A DNA stretch of 64,000 nucleotides from an uncultured Thermoleophilia bacterium (GCA_963702475.1 CAVPCT010000002.1:224001-288000); one strand, 5' to 3'. Counted from the stretch's first letter, positions 9,919 to 20,766 are shown. Numbers and translations are program-made. Notes: generated from the letters alone by a model not told the origin.

Positions 9919-10256
9919 TCAGCGGCTGGGCCGCCCTCTACATCTTCATCCTCGCCGGCTTCGTCGGCTACGAGGTCATTTCCCGTGTGCCGGTGATCCT
10001 GCACACGCCGCTCATGAGCGGGTCCAACTTCGTGCACGGCATCGTCGTGGTCGGCGCAATGGTCGCGCTCGGCAGCGCGACGACAACGCCCGAGCGCATC
10101 CTCGGCTTCGTCGCCGTGCTGCTCGGCACCGCCAACGCCGTCGGCGGCTACGCCGTCACCGAGCGCATGCTCGAGATGTTCACGAGCAGCAAGGACAAGG
10201 CGAAGAAGAAGGCCGCCGAGGGCGACGCCGCCGGCGGCGAGTCGAAGGCGGGCTGA
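9915..10256 (+). CDS. pntA: NAD(P) transhydrogenase subunit alpha, membrane part
   Basis: LHTPLMSGSNFVHGIVVVGAM, NAVGGYAVTERMLEMF. Confidence 0.95.
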   Translation: MISGWAALYIFILAGFVGYEVISRVPVILHTPLMSGSNFVHGIVVVGAMVALGSATTTPERILGFVAVLLGTANAVGGYAVTERMLEMFTSSKDKAKKKAAEGDAAGGESKAG

Positions 10257-10257
10257 C

Positions 10258-11642
<1,385 letters not shown>

Positions 11643-11643
<1 letters not shown>

Positions 11644-12062
11644 TGCCGGCGCCGGACGAGGCGGCCCCGAGGCCGTTCGACCCGATCCGGTACAAGGCGG
11701 CGAGCGCCGTCTTCAAGCTCGCCCTCACGACGCAGAAGGCGGGCGTACACCGCACCCTCAACCGCGAGCCCAAAGGCAAGGGGTGGGTGCAGTGCGTCGA
11801 CTCGCCCGAGGGCCTGCTGTGCCGGCCGCAGAAGGTGCGCGAGGCGATCGAGTACTTCAGGATCGCCTACGAGGTCTGGCCGGATATCGTCGCCCTCAAC
11901 CAGATCGCCTTGAGCTACGAGATGATCGGCGAGGCCGGGGAGGCCCGAGGGCACTTCGTCCGCATGCTGGCCCAGGCCGAGGCGGAGCAGAACGACGCGT
12001 ACGCCGGCGCCGCCCGGCTGGGCCTCGCGCGTCTCGGGCAGAGCGCGGAACCTGGGCGATGA
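11643..12062 (+). CDS. Hypothetical protein with TPR-like C-terminus
   Basis: ATG overlaps pntB stop; EAIEYFRIAYEVWPDIVALNQIALSYEMIGEAGEARGHF is TPR-like. Confidence 0.6.
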
Positions 12063-12560
12063 CGCCGGCGCCGGGCATCGCGAGGCCGGCGCCGGCAGAG
12101 ATGTCGCCGGGCGCGCCGCCGGCCGGCAGCTCCGGGACCACGGGGGAGAGGCGGCCGCCGGCCTTGACGGCGTTCCCGCTCGCCGGCGCGATCCTCGAGC
12201 GGTTCGCCGGCGCTCTCGGCCCCGACTACGCGGGGTACGCCGGGCACGTAGCGCGCGTACTGGCGTTCTACCGGGCTCTCGCGCCGGACCGGCAAGCGCC
12301 GGAGCAGGTGCAGGTCGCCGGCGCCTTCCACGACCTGGGCATCTGGACGGCGCGCACGTTCGACTACCTCGCGCCGTCTGTGTCCCTCGCGCGCGAGTAC
12401 CTGTCGGCCGAGGGCCGCGAAGCATGGACGCCGGAGGTCGAGACGATCATCCTGCAGCATCACAAGCTGACTCCGTACACCGGACCGTTGCGGATGACCG
12501 TCGAGACGTTCCGGCGGGCCGACCTCACGGACCTCTCACTGGGTCTCTTCCGCTCGCGCC
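12059..12560 (+). pseudogene. HD-domain protein, C-terminally truncated and fused to a TA remnant
   Basis: GYAGHVARV, AFHDLGIWT, HHK, FRRADL; sequence switches to BrnT/BrnA-like text after ~12552. Confidence 0.65.
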
Positions 12561-12583
12561 TGGCAGAGAGGAGATCGAGCCGT

Positions 12584-12855
12584 ATGGATGCTGAGGAGTT
12601 CGACAGGAAGTCCGATGACGGGCTCGAAGACGTCATGCAGTAGTGGACCTCTCCGGTGAGCGTCGACCCGATCGCGACACGAAGCGCGTGAGCGTCGATC
12701 TTCCCCCGTGGTTGGTCGATGCCCTCGATAACGAGGCTGCGCGCTTGGCGGTGACCCGGCAGTCTGTGATCGAAGTCCGGCTCTCGGAGAGGGTCGACCA
12801 GAACCGGCGCGCGCTGGAGGCCGAGGGCGCGCGCCGCAAGTCGCAGACTGGATAA
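12584..12855 (+). pseudogene. BrnA/CopG-type antitoxin, frameshifted at ~12641
   Basis: MDAEEFDRKSDDGLEDVMQ / VDLSGERRPDRDTKRVSVDLPPWLVDALDNEAARLAVTRQSVI; TAA stop lies within the attC inverse core GGATAAC. Confidence 0.7.
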
Positions 12856-12944
12856 CAGCGCTTCCTAGCTTCGTGGTACCTTCCTACGCAGAAGCCGGAA
12901 GCTGCAGCAGAGGTCTTCTCTCTACTGCACAAATGCAGTCGGGC
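12850..12944 (+). repeat. attC-like site
   Basis: GGATAAC...GTCGGGC; last ~57 nt nearly identical to 20698-20754. Confidence 0.65.
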
Positions 12945-13003
12945 ATCCGCTCGTCGACCCGTGGCGGAGTGCGGAGCGCGGGGTGGACGTTGCCCTCTGG
13001 CCG

Positions 13004-13031
13004 TTGCGGTTCCGCAGCTTCTGGTTATACT
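13004..13031 (+). promoter_or_regulatory. Sigma70-type promoter for a probably leaderless TA operon, with overlapping palindrome TATAC-N5-GTATG
   Basis: TTGCGG-16-TATACT; ATG at 13038 with no SD. Confidence 0.55.
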
Positions 13032-13037
13032 CACGGT

Positions 13038-13271
13038 ATGAAGACAGCGATCTCCATACCCGACGACCTGTTCGCCGACGCCGAGGAGCTGGCGCGGGAG
13101 CTGAAGAAGTCGCGCAGCCGCCTCTACGGTGACGCGGTGCGCGAGTACGTCGCCCGCCACTCCGCCGAAAGCGTCACCGAGGCCCTCGATCGCCTCTGCG
13201 ATGAGGTCGACTGCCGCAGCGATTTCGCCGGTGCCGCTGCGCACCGCACCCTGGAGCGCTCCGACTGGTGA
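13038..13271 (+). CDS. Ribbon-helix-helix antitoxin (MazE6/ChpI-like)
   Basis: MKTAISIPDDLFADAEELARELKKSRSRLY; overlaps toxin start (GTGA). Confidence 0.85.
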   Translation: MKTAISIPDDLFADAEELARELKKSRSRLYGDAVREYVARHSAESVTEALDRLCDEVDCRSDFAGAAAHRTLERSDW

Positions 13272-13609
13272 CCGCCCAGGGCGAGGTCTGGTGGGCCGAC
13301 CTGGCCGAGCCCTCCGGCTCCGAGCCCGGCTTCCGCCGCCCCGTCGTGGTCGTCCAGGGCGACGCCTTCAACCGCAGCCGTATCGGCACCGTCGTCTGCG
13401 TCGCGCTGACCAGCAACCTGCGCTGGGCCGACGCTCCCGGCAACGTCCTTCTCACCGCGCGCGCCACGGGCCTGCCCAAGGACTCGGTCGCCAACGTCTT
13501 GCAGCTCGTCACCCTCGACCGCGAGGCGCTGACCGAGCGCGTCGGCGCCCTGCCCGCGAAGAAGCTCGAGCTGGTGCTGCTCGGCATCGACATCGTCCTC
13601 GGGCGTTGA
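13268..13609 (+). CDS. mazF: PemK/MazF-family toxin
   Basis: QGEVWWADL..PSGSEPGFRRPVVVVQGDAFNRS, LTSNL, GLPKDSVAN. Confidence 0.92.
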   Translation: MTAQGEVWWADLAEPSGSEPGFRRPVVVVQGDAFNRSRIGTVVCVALTSNLRWADAPGNVLLTARATGLPKDSVANVLQLVTLDREALTERVGALPAKKLELVLLGIDIVLGR

Positions 13610-13616
13610 CGCGATT

Positions 13617-13703
13617 GCCCAACAAGCGGAGCAAGCTGGCTCGCCGAACCTCCGCGGCGCAGCGGAGCCGCGGCGCTCGCAGCTTCTCCGCGGCGCGTCA
13701 GCC
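13617..13703 (+). repeat. attC-like site
   Basis: GCCCAAC AAGCGGAGCAAGCTG...GCAGCTTCTCCGC...GTCAGCC. Confidence 0.8.
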
Positions 13704-13745
13704 CGAACCGATCCTGTTCACACACCCGTAAGGAGATCTTCCACA

Positions 13746-14492
13746 GTGGACATCCCGCGGATCTTCACCATCACTGAGAGTGCTCACCGCATCCACAACC
13801 CGATCACACCCGAGAAGCTCGCCACTCTCGGCGCGGCGCTGCGTCTGGAATCGGGGGCGCGAGTGCTCGACCTCGGCAGCGGTTCGGGGGAGATGCTGTG
13901 CACCTGGGCGCGCGATCACGGCGTCAGCGGCACCGGCATCGACATGAGCCGGTCGTTCACCGAGCAGGCGAGACGCCGTGCTGAAGAGCTCGGCGTCGCC
14001 GATCGAGTCAAGTTCATCCACGGCGATGCCGCCGGCTATGTCTCTGACGAGAAGGCCGGCGTGGCGGCCTGTCTCGGTGCCACCTGGATCGGCGGGGGAG
14101 TCGCCGGCACCATCGAGCTCCTGGCGCGCAGCCTGCGCCCCGGAGGGATCGTCCTCATCGGCGAGCCCTACTGGCGGCAGGTGCCGCCGACGGAAGACGT
14201 CGCCAAGGGGTGTCTTGCCGGCGCGATCTCCGACTTCCTCCTGCTTCCGGAGCTTCTCGCGTCGTTCGGCCACCTCGGCTACGACGTCGTCGAGATGGTC
14301 CTGGCCGACCAGGACGGCTGGGACAGATACGAGGCGGCCAAATGGCTCACCATGCGCCGCTGGCTTGAAGCCAATCCCGATGACGAGCTCGCGAAGGATG
14401 TTCGAGCCCAACTGACCGCGGAACCCGAGCGCTACGCCGCGTACACGCGTGACTACCTGGGCTGGGGTGTGTTCGCACTGATGCCGCGGTGA
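13746..14492 (+). CDS. Class I SAM-dependent methyltransferase (YjhP-like), cassette gene
   Basis: VLDLGSGSGE, GIDMS, FIHGDA, LRPGGIVLIGEPYW; AAGGAG RBS. Confidence 0.9.
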   Translation: MDIPRIFTITESAHRIHNPITPEKLATLGAALRLESGARVLDLGSGSGEMLCTWARDHGVSGTGIDMSRSFTEQARRRAEELGVADRVKFIHGDAAGYVSDEKAGVAACLGATWIGGGVAGTIELLARSLRPGGIVLIGEPYWRQVPPTEDVAKGCLAGAISDFLLLPELLASFGHLGYDVVEMVLADQDGWDRYEAAKWLTMRRWLEANPDDELAKDVRAQLTAEPERYAAYTRDYLGWGVFALMPR

Positions 14493-14572
14493 TGCGTTGG
14501 CGCATGAGGCGGATCGTCAACGCCGAAGGTCATTGGCGGTTGGTCTGGGCCCAGATTGGCTACACGCGGTCG

Positions 14573-14657
14573 GGCTGATGAAGGCATCAACCTGACGGCC
14601 AGAAGGTGGACTGACCCGAGGGCGCCTGCGCCGCAGGTCATGCCTACGACGTTAGGC
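14573..14657 (+). repeat. attC-like site
   Basis: GGCTGAT GAAGGCATCAACCTGACGGC...GCCGCAGGTCATGCCT...GTTAGGC. Confidence 0.8.
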
Positions 14658-14672
14658 CGACGAGACGCGGGG

Positions 14673-15182
14673 ATGGAGTCGATGGGTGACATTGATCGTG
14701 ACGTTCGCGAGCTTCGCGCAGCGCTCGCGATGGGCAGGATCCAGAACGCTTACGTCGCACTCGTCAAGTACATGTCTCGACTTCGCGCAAGGTACGCGGG
14801 CGAGCGAGGGGACCGCACAGTCTCCGGCCTCTATCAAGGCTACTTTGACATGACGTACTTCGCGCTCTTTCCGGATTGGTTCAGGGAGCGCGACTTGAAG
14901 GTGGCGGTGGTCTTCGACTACGCGAGCTTCTCTTTCCAGGCATGGTTGGCGGCCCGCAATCGCAGGGTGCAGAGGTCCTACTGGGAGCAACTGCGTGACG
15001 CTGGATACACCGAACACACGTTGGTCGAGCCGGGTGCCGGGATCGATGCCATCGTGATCTCGGTTCTTGCCGACGACTTCTCCCTTGCTGATGAGTCTGC
15101 TCTGACCAGGCGAATCGAGGCTGGTGTGGAGTCCTTCGAAGACGACATGCTTGCCGTGCTCAGTGAACTGAGCGGTGTGTGA
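14673..15182 (+). CDS. Conserved hypothetical (DUF7000-like), cassette gene
   Basis: GRIQNAY..L, GLYQGYFDMTYFALFP, LKVAVVF, WLAARNR; visibly more A/T-ending codons than host genes. Confidence 0.7.
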   Translation: MESMGDIDRDVRELRAALAMGRIQNAYVALVKYMSRLRARYAGERGDRTVSGLYQGYFDMTYFALFPDWFRERDLKVAVVFDYASFSFQAWLAARNRRVQRSYWEQLRDAGYTEHTLVEPGAGIDAIVISVLADDFSLADESALTRRIEAGVESFEDDMLAVLSELSGV

Positions 15183-15186
15183 CGCG

Positions 15187-15273
15187 GCCGAACAAGCAGG
15201 AAGCTGATGCGGCGCAGGCCTTCTTGACTCTGTGAGGCCTGCGCGCACAGCTCATCCGCATGGGACGTTGCGC
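15187..15273 (+). repeat. attC-like site
   Basis: GCCGAAC AAGCAGGAAGCTGATGCG...CGCACAGCTCATCCGC...GTTGCGC; inner hairpin GCGCAGGCCT/AGGCCTGCGC. Confidence 0.75.
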
Positions 15274-15399
15274 CGGGACTCGAGGGTCGCGGCGTGCGTG
15301 GACTCGTCTACGGCGCGTATCGCGTCTTCGCCTCCACGCTCGGGAGTTGCTGAGCTTCGAGCCCCGGCCGTGGCGGCCGGGTCTCGAAGGATGCCTCGG

Positions 15400-15800
15400 T
15401 CATCCCCAAGCTCCGAGGATCGCGCCCATGATCGTGAACGCGACCGCGTGGTAGCCGGCGTCGATGAACCACAGCGCCAATGGCCGGCGCTCGAAGAGGT
15501 ACGTGATCGCCATGCCGGCCGCCACCCAGGCGACGCCGGCCGCGGCGCCGGCGGCCGCGCCGAAGGCGACGCCCACATCGGCGCCGATGAAGAACGCAAG
15601 GGTCGTGGCTGCGACCACGGCGACGACCGCCGACAGGCCGAACACCACGGGGAGCTTGCGGGCGGCGAGGTCGGCGTCGCTGAGCGCCGCGGCGCACTGC
15701 CACGCTTTCGCGAAGGGCAGGGGTGAGTACAACATCCCACCCAGAAGGAACATCGACGCCGCCGCAGCGGCGATCGCGCCCCCGTCTCCACACCGCTCAT
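15400..15800 (-). pseudogene. DUF1761-family membrane protein, 5' end frameshifted
   Basis: FLLGGMLYSP..FAKAW, YLFERRPLALWFIDAGYH; upstream ATG 15800 out of frame. Confidence 0.6.
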
Positions 15801-15831
15801 CGCGCCTTCCGGGAAAGGCTCGCGTCCGAGG

Positions 15832-15898
15832 AAGTAAAAAACTCTTGACATGATGTCCGCATCGCTTTACAGTACGTCATGTCAAACATTCCTGACAT
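15832..15898 (+). promoter_or_regulatory. Sigma70 promoter overlapped by three ATGTCA-N8-TGACAT-type operators
   Basis: TTGACA 15845-15850, 17 nt, TACAGT 15868-15873; operators 15832-15851, 15853-15872, 15879-15898. Confidence 0.8.
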
Positions 15899-15947
15899 CA
15901 TGAGCAGCCCCCACAGTGGGGCGACTCGCAGCAAGGAGGCGATCCTG

Positions 15948-16400
15948 ATGCCGTTCGAAGAGAAGATCTCATGGGTCAACGCGGTGGTCATGGCCATCGT
16001 CCCGGTGGCCTATTTCGTGATCATGCTGGGCCGGCTGGGCGACACGCCGGCGGCCGACATCTCCTACCAGTGGCCGCTCCTCATCGCCATCGGGGCGTCG
16101 ATCGTCCTGACCATCGTCGGGTCGATCCTGGCCGGCATCGGCACCGGCATCTCGGCGGAACTGCGCGGCAGGTCCGCCTCCGCCGAGATCGATCGCAAGG
16201 ACGAGCGGGACAAGCAGATCAGCCGTCACGGCGACCTGATCGGCTTCTCCGTCTCCTCCTTCGGCATGGTCGGCGTGCTCGCCCTCACGATGCTCGAGTA
16301 CGAGTATTTCTGGATCGCCAGCGTCCTCTATCTCTCGTTCGTGGTCGGCACGCTGGTCGGATCGGTGGTCAAGATCGTCTCGTACCACCGGGGCTTCTGA
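15948..16400 (+). CDS. Four-TM membrane protein (DER-motif, DUF2178-like) paired with XRE regulator
   Basis: Hydrophobic helices flanking DRKDERDKQI; AAGGAGG RBS. Confidence 0.75.
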   Translation: MPFEEKISWVNAVVMAIVPVAYFVIMLGRLGDTPAADISYQWPLLIAIGASIVLTIVGSILAGIGTGISAELRGRSASAEIDRKDERDKQISRHGDLIGFSVSSFGMVGVLALTMLEYEYFWIASVLYLSFVVGTLVGSVVKIVSYHRGF

Positions 16401-16402
16401 CC

Positions 16403-16624
16403 ATGGGCAAGCCGACCAGAGTGACCAACCGCATCCGGGCGCTCCGCTTCGCCGCCGGCGAGATGACGCAGGCCGATCTCGCCGACAGGGTGGGCGTCAC
16501 GCGCCAGACCGTCATCGCCATCGAGCAGGGCCGGTACTCGCCGTCGCTCGAGATGGCCTTTCAGATCGCGCGGGTGTTCGACCTCCCGCTCGACGACGTG
16601 TTCCAGTATCCGAAGGAGAAGTGA
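16403..16624 (+). CDS. Small XRE/Cro-family HTH regulator
   Basis: NRIRALR...MTQADLADRVGVTRQTVIAIEQGRYSPSLEMAFQIARVF. Confidence 0.92.
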   Translation: MGKPTRVTNRIRALRFAAGEMTQADLADRVGVTRQTVIAIEQGRYSPSLEMAFQIARVFDLPLDDVFQYPKEK

Positions 16625-17376
16625 TGGACACCTCCACAATCCGCGCCGAGCCCACGGTGCTGCTCCTCGGCGGCACCGGGCGCACCGGCGGGCGCGTCCT
16701 GACGCAGCTTCTGGGCCGCGGCATCCGTTTGCGCGCCCTGGTCCGGTCGGCCGAGCGGCTCCCGGCGGGCGTCGCGGGCGACCCGCTGCTGACGATCGTC
16801 GAGGCGGACCTGCTCTCCCTGAGCGCCGAACAGGTCAAGGAGCAGGTCGACGGCTGCGACGTCGTGATCTCCTGTCTCGGCCACACCATCAGCGCGAAGG
16901 GGGTCTTCGGGCGGCCGCGCGACCTCGTCACGCGGTCGGTGGAGCGGGTGTACCGGGCGACTTGGGAGCTGCGGCCTGCGCGGCCCGTGAAGCTCATCCT
17001 CATGAGCAGCGTCTCCGTGAACCGCCCGGGAGGCCTGGACACGCGGCGCGGGTGGTTCCAGCGCGCCGCCCTCTGGCTGCTGCGCGGCCTCGTGCCTCCG
17101 GCGCGGGACAACCAGCGCGCCGCCGACTTCCTCCACGACGTCGTCGAGGCGGCCGATCCCTCTGCGGAGTGGGTGGTCGTCCGGCCCGACACGCTGAAGG
17201 ACGGCGACGTGACCGAGTACGCGCTGCACGAGGGTCTCGTGGACGGCATGTTCCGCCCCGGCGAGACCAACAGGGCCAACGTCGCCCATTTCATGTGCGA
17301 GCTGGCGAGCGACGTCGGGGCGTGGGCGGCCTGGCAGGGCAAGCTCCCCGTGATCGTGAACGCATCGCCTGAGTGA
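16624..17376 (+). CDS. Atypical SDR / NAD(P)H-binding protein
   Basis: LLLGGTGRTGG, ALVRS, WVVVRP, RANVAHFM. Confidence 0.85.
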   Translation: MDTSTIRAEPTVLLLGGTGRTGGRVLTQLLGRGIRLRALVRSAERLPAGVAGDPLLTIVEADLLSLSAEQVKEQVDGCDVVISCLGHTISAKGVFGRPRDLVTRSVERVYRATWELRPARPVKLILMSSVSVNRPGGLDTRRGWFQRAALWLLRGLVPPARDNQRAADFLHDVVEAADPSAEWVVVRPDTLKDGDVTEYALHEGLVDGMFRPGETNRANVAHFMCELASDVGAWAAWQGKLPVIVNASPE

Positions 17377-17563
17377 CCCCGCCGCGGCGGTGACGGCCGC
17401 CGCGCGCAGCCCCATGGGCATGGCCGACGCCTGACGTCGCCGTGCTCGCCTCGAGGTCGTGTGTGGTGCACGACCGACCCATCCAACGACGAGCCTGGGC
17501 TTGCCATGCGCTGCTTCGGCCCGTCACGGCCGCCGGCGCGAGACCAGCCGGCAGCGGGAGAAG

Positions 17564-19894
17564 ATGACAGTGACGCAGAGCGAGAACAAGCAGAACAGGC
17601 GGGGCGCCGGAGCGGGCTCCAGCCTCACGGAACGCCTGGCGCGCACCAGCGCCCTCCACCCGTGGCGCACCATCGGCATCTGGACGGTGCTCATCGTCCT
17701 CGCCGTGGTCGCGGTCGGTACGCTGCTCGGCAGCGGCCTGACCTCGGACATCAAGTTCCGTGCCGACAAGCCGGACAGCCTGGTCGGCCAGGAGCTCCTC
17801 GAGCAGCGTCTCACCGGGCCGCGGCAGATCACCGACTTCGTCATCGTGCGCTCGGCCTCGGCCACAGTCGACGACCCCGCATTCAAAGCCTACGTCGACG
17901 ACCTCACCCGCCGGATCACCGGCCTGGGCCCGGCGGTCGTCAGGAGCGTGTCCACCTACTACCAGACCGGTGACCCCACCGTCGTCTCGAGAGACGAGCA
18001 CGCGACCCTTATCCCCGTGGTCATGGCCGGCACCATCGACGACGCCGTGAAGAACGCGGGCAAGCTGCACACGCTCGTCGTGGCGGCCCAGGGCCGGGGC
18101 TTCACCGTCGCGCTGACCGGCGACGCGAGCATCATGGAGATGTTCATGACGCTCGCCGAGAAGGACCTGGCGCGCGGCGAGATCCTCGGCGTCCCCGCCG
18201 CGCTGATCGTGCTCCTGATCGTCTTCGGCGCGGTGCTCGCGGCGTGCATGCCGCTGCTGATGAGCATAATCAGCATCGTCCTCGCGCTGGCCCTGACCGC
18301 GCTCATCGGCCAGGTCTACCCGATGACCGCCTTCGCGCTGAACATCCTCACCATGATGGGCCTGGCGGTGGGCATCGACTACACACTCTTCGTGATCAGC
18401 CGCTACCGCGAGGAGCGCGCCCGAGGCCTCGCGAAGATCGACGCCATCGCCGCGACCGGCGCCACCGCCAATCGCGCCATCTTCTTCAGCGGCATGACCG
18501 TGGTGCTCGCCATGGCCGGCATGGTCATCATCCCGCTCGACGTCATGATCAGCATGGGCATCGGCGTGATGCTGGTGGTGTTCACCACGCTGGTGACGGC
18601 GCTCATCGCCCTGCCGGCGCTGCTGAGCCTGCTCGGGGACCGCGTCGACGCCCTCCGCGTGCCCTTCATCCGCCGCCGCGCCACCCGCCGTCTGAGCGGC
18701 GGCTCCGGCATCTGGGAGCGCCTGGCGCACAGCATCATGCGCCGCCCGGTCGTCTGGCTCACTATCGCCGTCGTGGCGCTGCTCGTGGCGGCCGCCCCCG
18801 TGATGATGATGAAGAGCGGCGACAGCACCGCGAGCGCAGCCCATCTTCCCGACAGTGAGTACGCGAAGCAGGGCTGGGACATCCTGGACCGGGACTTCAC
18901 CCTGGGCAAGGCCAATCCGCTGCTGATCGTGATCGACGGGCAGGCGGCCTTTCCGCAGGTGAAGCGGGCCGTGGAGGACCTGCAGGCGGCCATGAAGAGC
19001 GATGGCGACTTCGGCCCGGCCCGGGTCACAACGAACGAGGCCGGGGACCTCACCCTCATCACCACGACGCTCGCCGGCGATCCTGCGGGCGAGGCCACCC
19101 AGTCCGTCGTGAAGCGCCTGCGCGAGGACATCGTGCCGCGGGCCGCGGGCGGACTGGCCGCGAAGGTGTACGTCGCCGGCACCACCGCGGGCGTCGTCGA
19201 CTACCTCGGCTTCTTCGGCGCCTGGATGCCGGTGGCGATGGCGGTGATCCTGAGCCTGAGCTTCGTGCTCCTGCTGGTCGCCTTCCGCTCCGTCGTCATC
19301 CCGGCGCAGGCGATCCTCATGAACCTGCTGTCGGTCGGAGCCGCCTACGGCCTCATGGTGCTGGTCTTCCAGAAGGGTGTCGGCGCCGGCCTCCTTGGCC
19401 TCACCCAGGTCGACACCATCGAGGCCTGGGTGCCGCTCTTCCTCTTCAGCCTGCTGTTCGGCCTCTCCATGGACTACCAGGTGTTCCTGCTCAGCCGCAT
19501 CAAGGAGCGCTACGACGAGACCGGCGACACCCGCGAGGCGGTCGCCCACGGCCTCGGCCGCACCGCCGGCATCATCACCGGCGCGGCCGCCATCATGGTG
19601 TGCGTGTTCGGCGGCATGGCCACCGGCGAGCTGGTGATGTTCCAGCAGATGGGCTTCGGCCTCGCCGTGGCGGTCTTCCTCGACGCCACGGTGGTGCGCA
19701 CCATCATCGTGCCCGCCGCCATGGAGCTGCTCGGAGACTGGAACTGGTACCTGCCGCGCCGGCTGCAGTGGATCCCCGATGTCAGTGTGGAGGGGCGCAG
19801 CCACGAGCCGGCGGCGCCGAAGGAGCCCCGTCACCCCCGGCACGAGCCCGGCATCACCGTCCCGCGGCCTTCTCTCGGAGGCGCGGAGCACTAG
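17564..19894 (+). CDS. MMPL-family (RND) transporter
   Basis: GLAVGIDYTLFVISRYREE, LFGLSMDYQVFLLSRIKE, DATVVRTIIVPA. Confidence 0.93.
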   Translation: MTVTQSENKQNRRGAGAGSSLTERLARTSALHPWRTIGIWTVLIVLAVVAVGTLLGSGLTSDIKFRADKPDSLVGQELLEQRLTGPRQITDFVIVRSASATVDDPAFKAYVDDLTRRITGLGPAVVRSVSTYYQTGDPTVVSRDEHATLIPVVMAGTIDDAVKNAGKLHTLVVAAQGRGFTVALTGDASIMEMFMTLAEKDLARGEILGVPAALIVLLIVFGAVLAACMPLLMSIISIVLALALTALIGQVYPMTAFALNILTMMGLAVGIDYTLFVISRYREERARGLAKIDAIAATGATANRAIFFSGMTVVLAMAGMVIIPLDVMISMGIGVMLVVFTTLVTALIALPALLSLLGDRVDALRVPFIRRRATRRLSGGSGIWERLAHSIMRRPVVWLTIAVVALLVAAAPVMMMKSGDSTASAAHLPDSEYAKQGWDILDRDFTLGKANPLLIVIDGQAAFPQVKRAVEDLQAAMKSDGDFGPARVTTNEAGDLTLITTTLAGDPAGEATQSVVKRLREDIVPRAAGGLAAKVYVAGTTAGVVDYLGFFGAWMPVAMAVILSLSFVLLLVAFRSVVIPAQAILMNLLSVGAAYGLMVLVFQKGVGAGLLGLTQVDTIEAWVPLFLFSLLFGLSMDYQVFLLSRIKERYDETGDTREAVAHGLGRTAGIITGAAAIMVCVFGGMATGELVMFQQMGFGLAVAVFLDATVVRTIIVPAAMELLGDWNWYLPRRLQWIPDVSVEGRSHEPAAPKEPRHPRHEPGITVPRPSLGGAEH

Positions 19895-19908
19895 CTCGGA
19901 CGAGGGCA

Positions 19909-19944
19909 GAAGGGGCGGGGCGCCCGCGGGCGCCCCGCCCCTTC
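19909..19944. terminator. Perfect GC-rich hairpin between convergent mmpL-like and osmC-like genes
   Basis: GAAGGGGCGGGGCGCC-CGCG-GGCGCCCCGCCCCTTC. Confidence 0.8.
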
Positions 19945-19991
19945 CGTCGTTCTCTGAGGCGGCCACCCGGCCGGCGTGACCGCGGCGAGGC

Positions 19992-20436
19992 TCAGGCCAG
20001 CGTCGCCTCCACGCTGAGCTCCACGTTGCCCTTGAGTGCGCCGCTGATGGGGCAGCCGTCCCTGGCGTCCTCGGCGGCTTGATTGAACGCCGCCTGGTCG
20101 ATGCCCGGTACCCGGCCCTTGACCGTGATCCGCGATGAGCCGGTCTTCCAGCCGCCCTCGATCTCCTTGAACGTCACCGTGACGCTGGTCTCGAGCTTCT
20201 CGGGCGGGGTGCCGGCCTCACCGAGGATGTGCGAGAGCGCCATGCTGTAGCAGCTCGCGTGCGCGTCGGCCACGAGCTCCTGGGGGCTGGTCTTGCCGTT
20301 CGAGCGCTCGGTGCGCGATGCCCAGGTCACGGGCAGCGGGCCGGCGGCGCCGCTGGTCACCAGCGAGACTTCTCCGGAACCCTGACCCAGTGAACCCTGC
20401 CAGACTGCGTCGGCGACGGCGTGGTGCGTCGGCCAT
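19992..20436 (-). CDS. osmC: OsmC-family peroxiredoxin; one extra base just after the start codon
   Basis: AVWQGSLGQGSG, TSPQELVADAHASCYSMAL, GCPISGAL; AAGGAGG RBS before ATG 20436, which is 1 nt out of frame. Confidence 0.8.
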
Positions 20437-20680
20437 GACGGAACCTCCTTCAGGGTGGATGCTGGCGGCGGACGCCGCGCGGCGGCGCGGCGCCCACCTT
20501 CGCCACTGACGTCCCCAGCAGGTGCGGAACTCGAACCGGCGCGTCATGCGAGCCGCACTCCGACGACAGGTGACAGCCTAAGAACCGCAGAGTACGGTGA
20601 TGCATGACGCACTCGACAGGGGCGGCCGGCTGGGCCGTCGGGCCGGCATTCTCCCGTCTGCGTAAGTCCCTTCGTCGAGC

Positions 20681-20754
20681 GGGGAGCACTGTCTTATGCA
20701 GAAGTCGACAGCTGCAGCAGAGGTCTCCTCTCTACTGCAGAAATGCAGTCAGCC
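20681..20754 (+). repeat. attC-like site (same subtype as 12850-12944)
   Basis: TTATGCAGAAG...CTACTGCAGAAATGCA GTCAGCC. Confidence 0.6.
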
Positions 20755-20766
20755 GGAGGCCGCTCG

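Noticed and set aside
17291-19966. Long antisense or alternate-frame ORFs (also 57665-60184, 40285-42540, 55081-57345)
   Set aside because: Shadow ORFs expected from high GC3; low-complexity products overlapping well-supported genes
20425-20440. osmC start out of frame as a regulatory device
   Set aside because: Removing one G (ATGG->ATG) restores the frame with a good RBS; same error pattern as gnd and UPF0182
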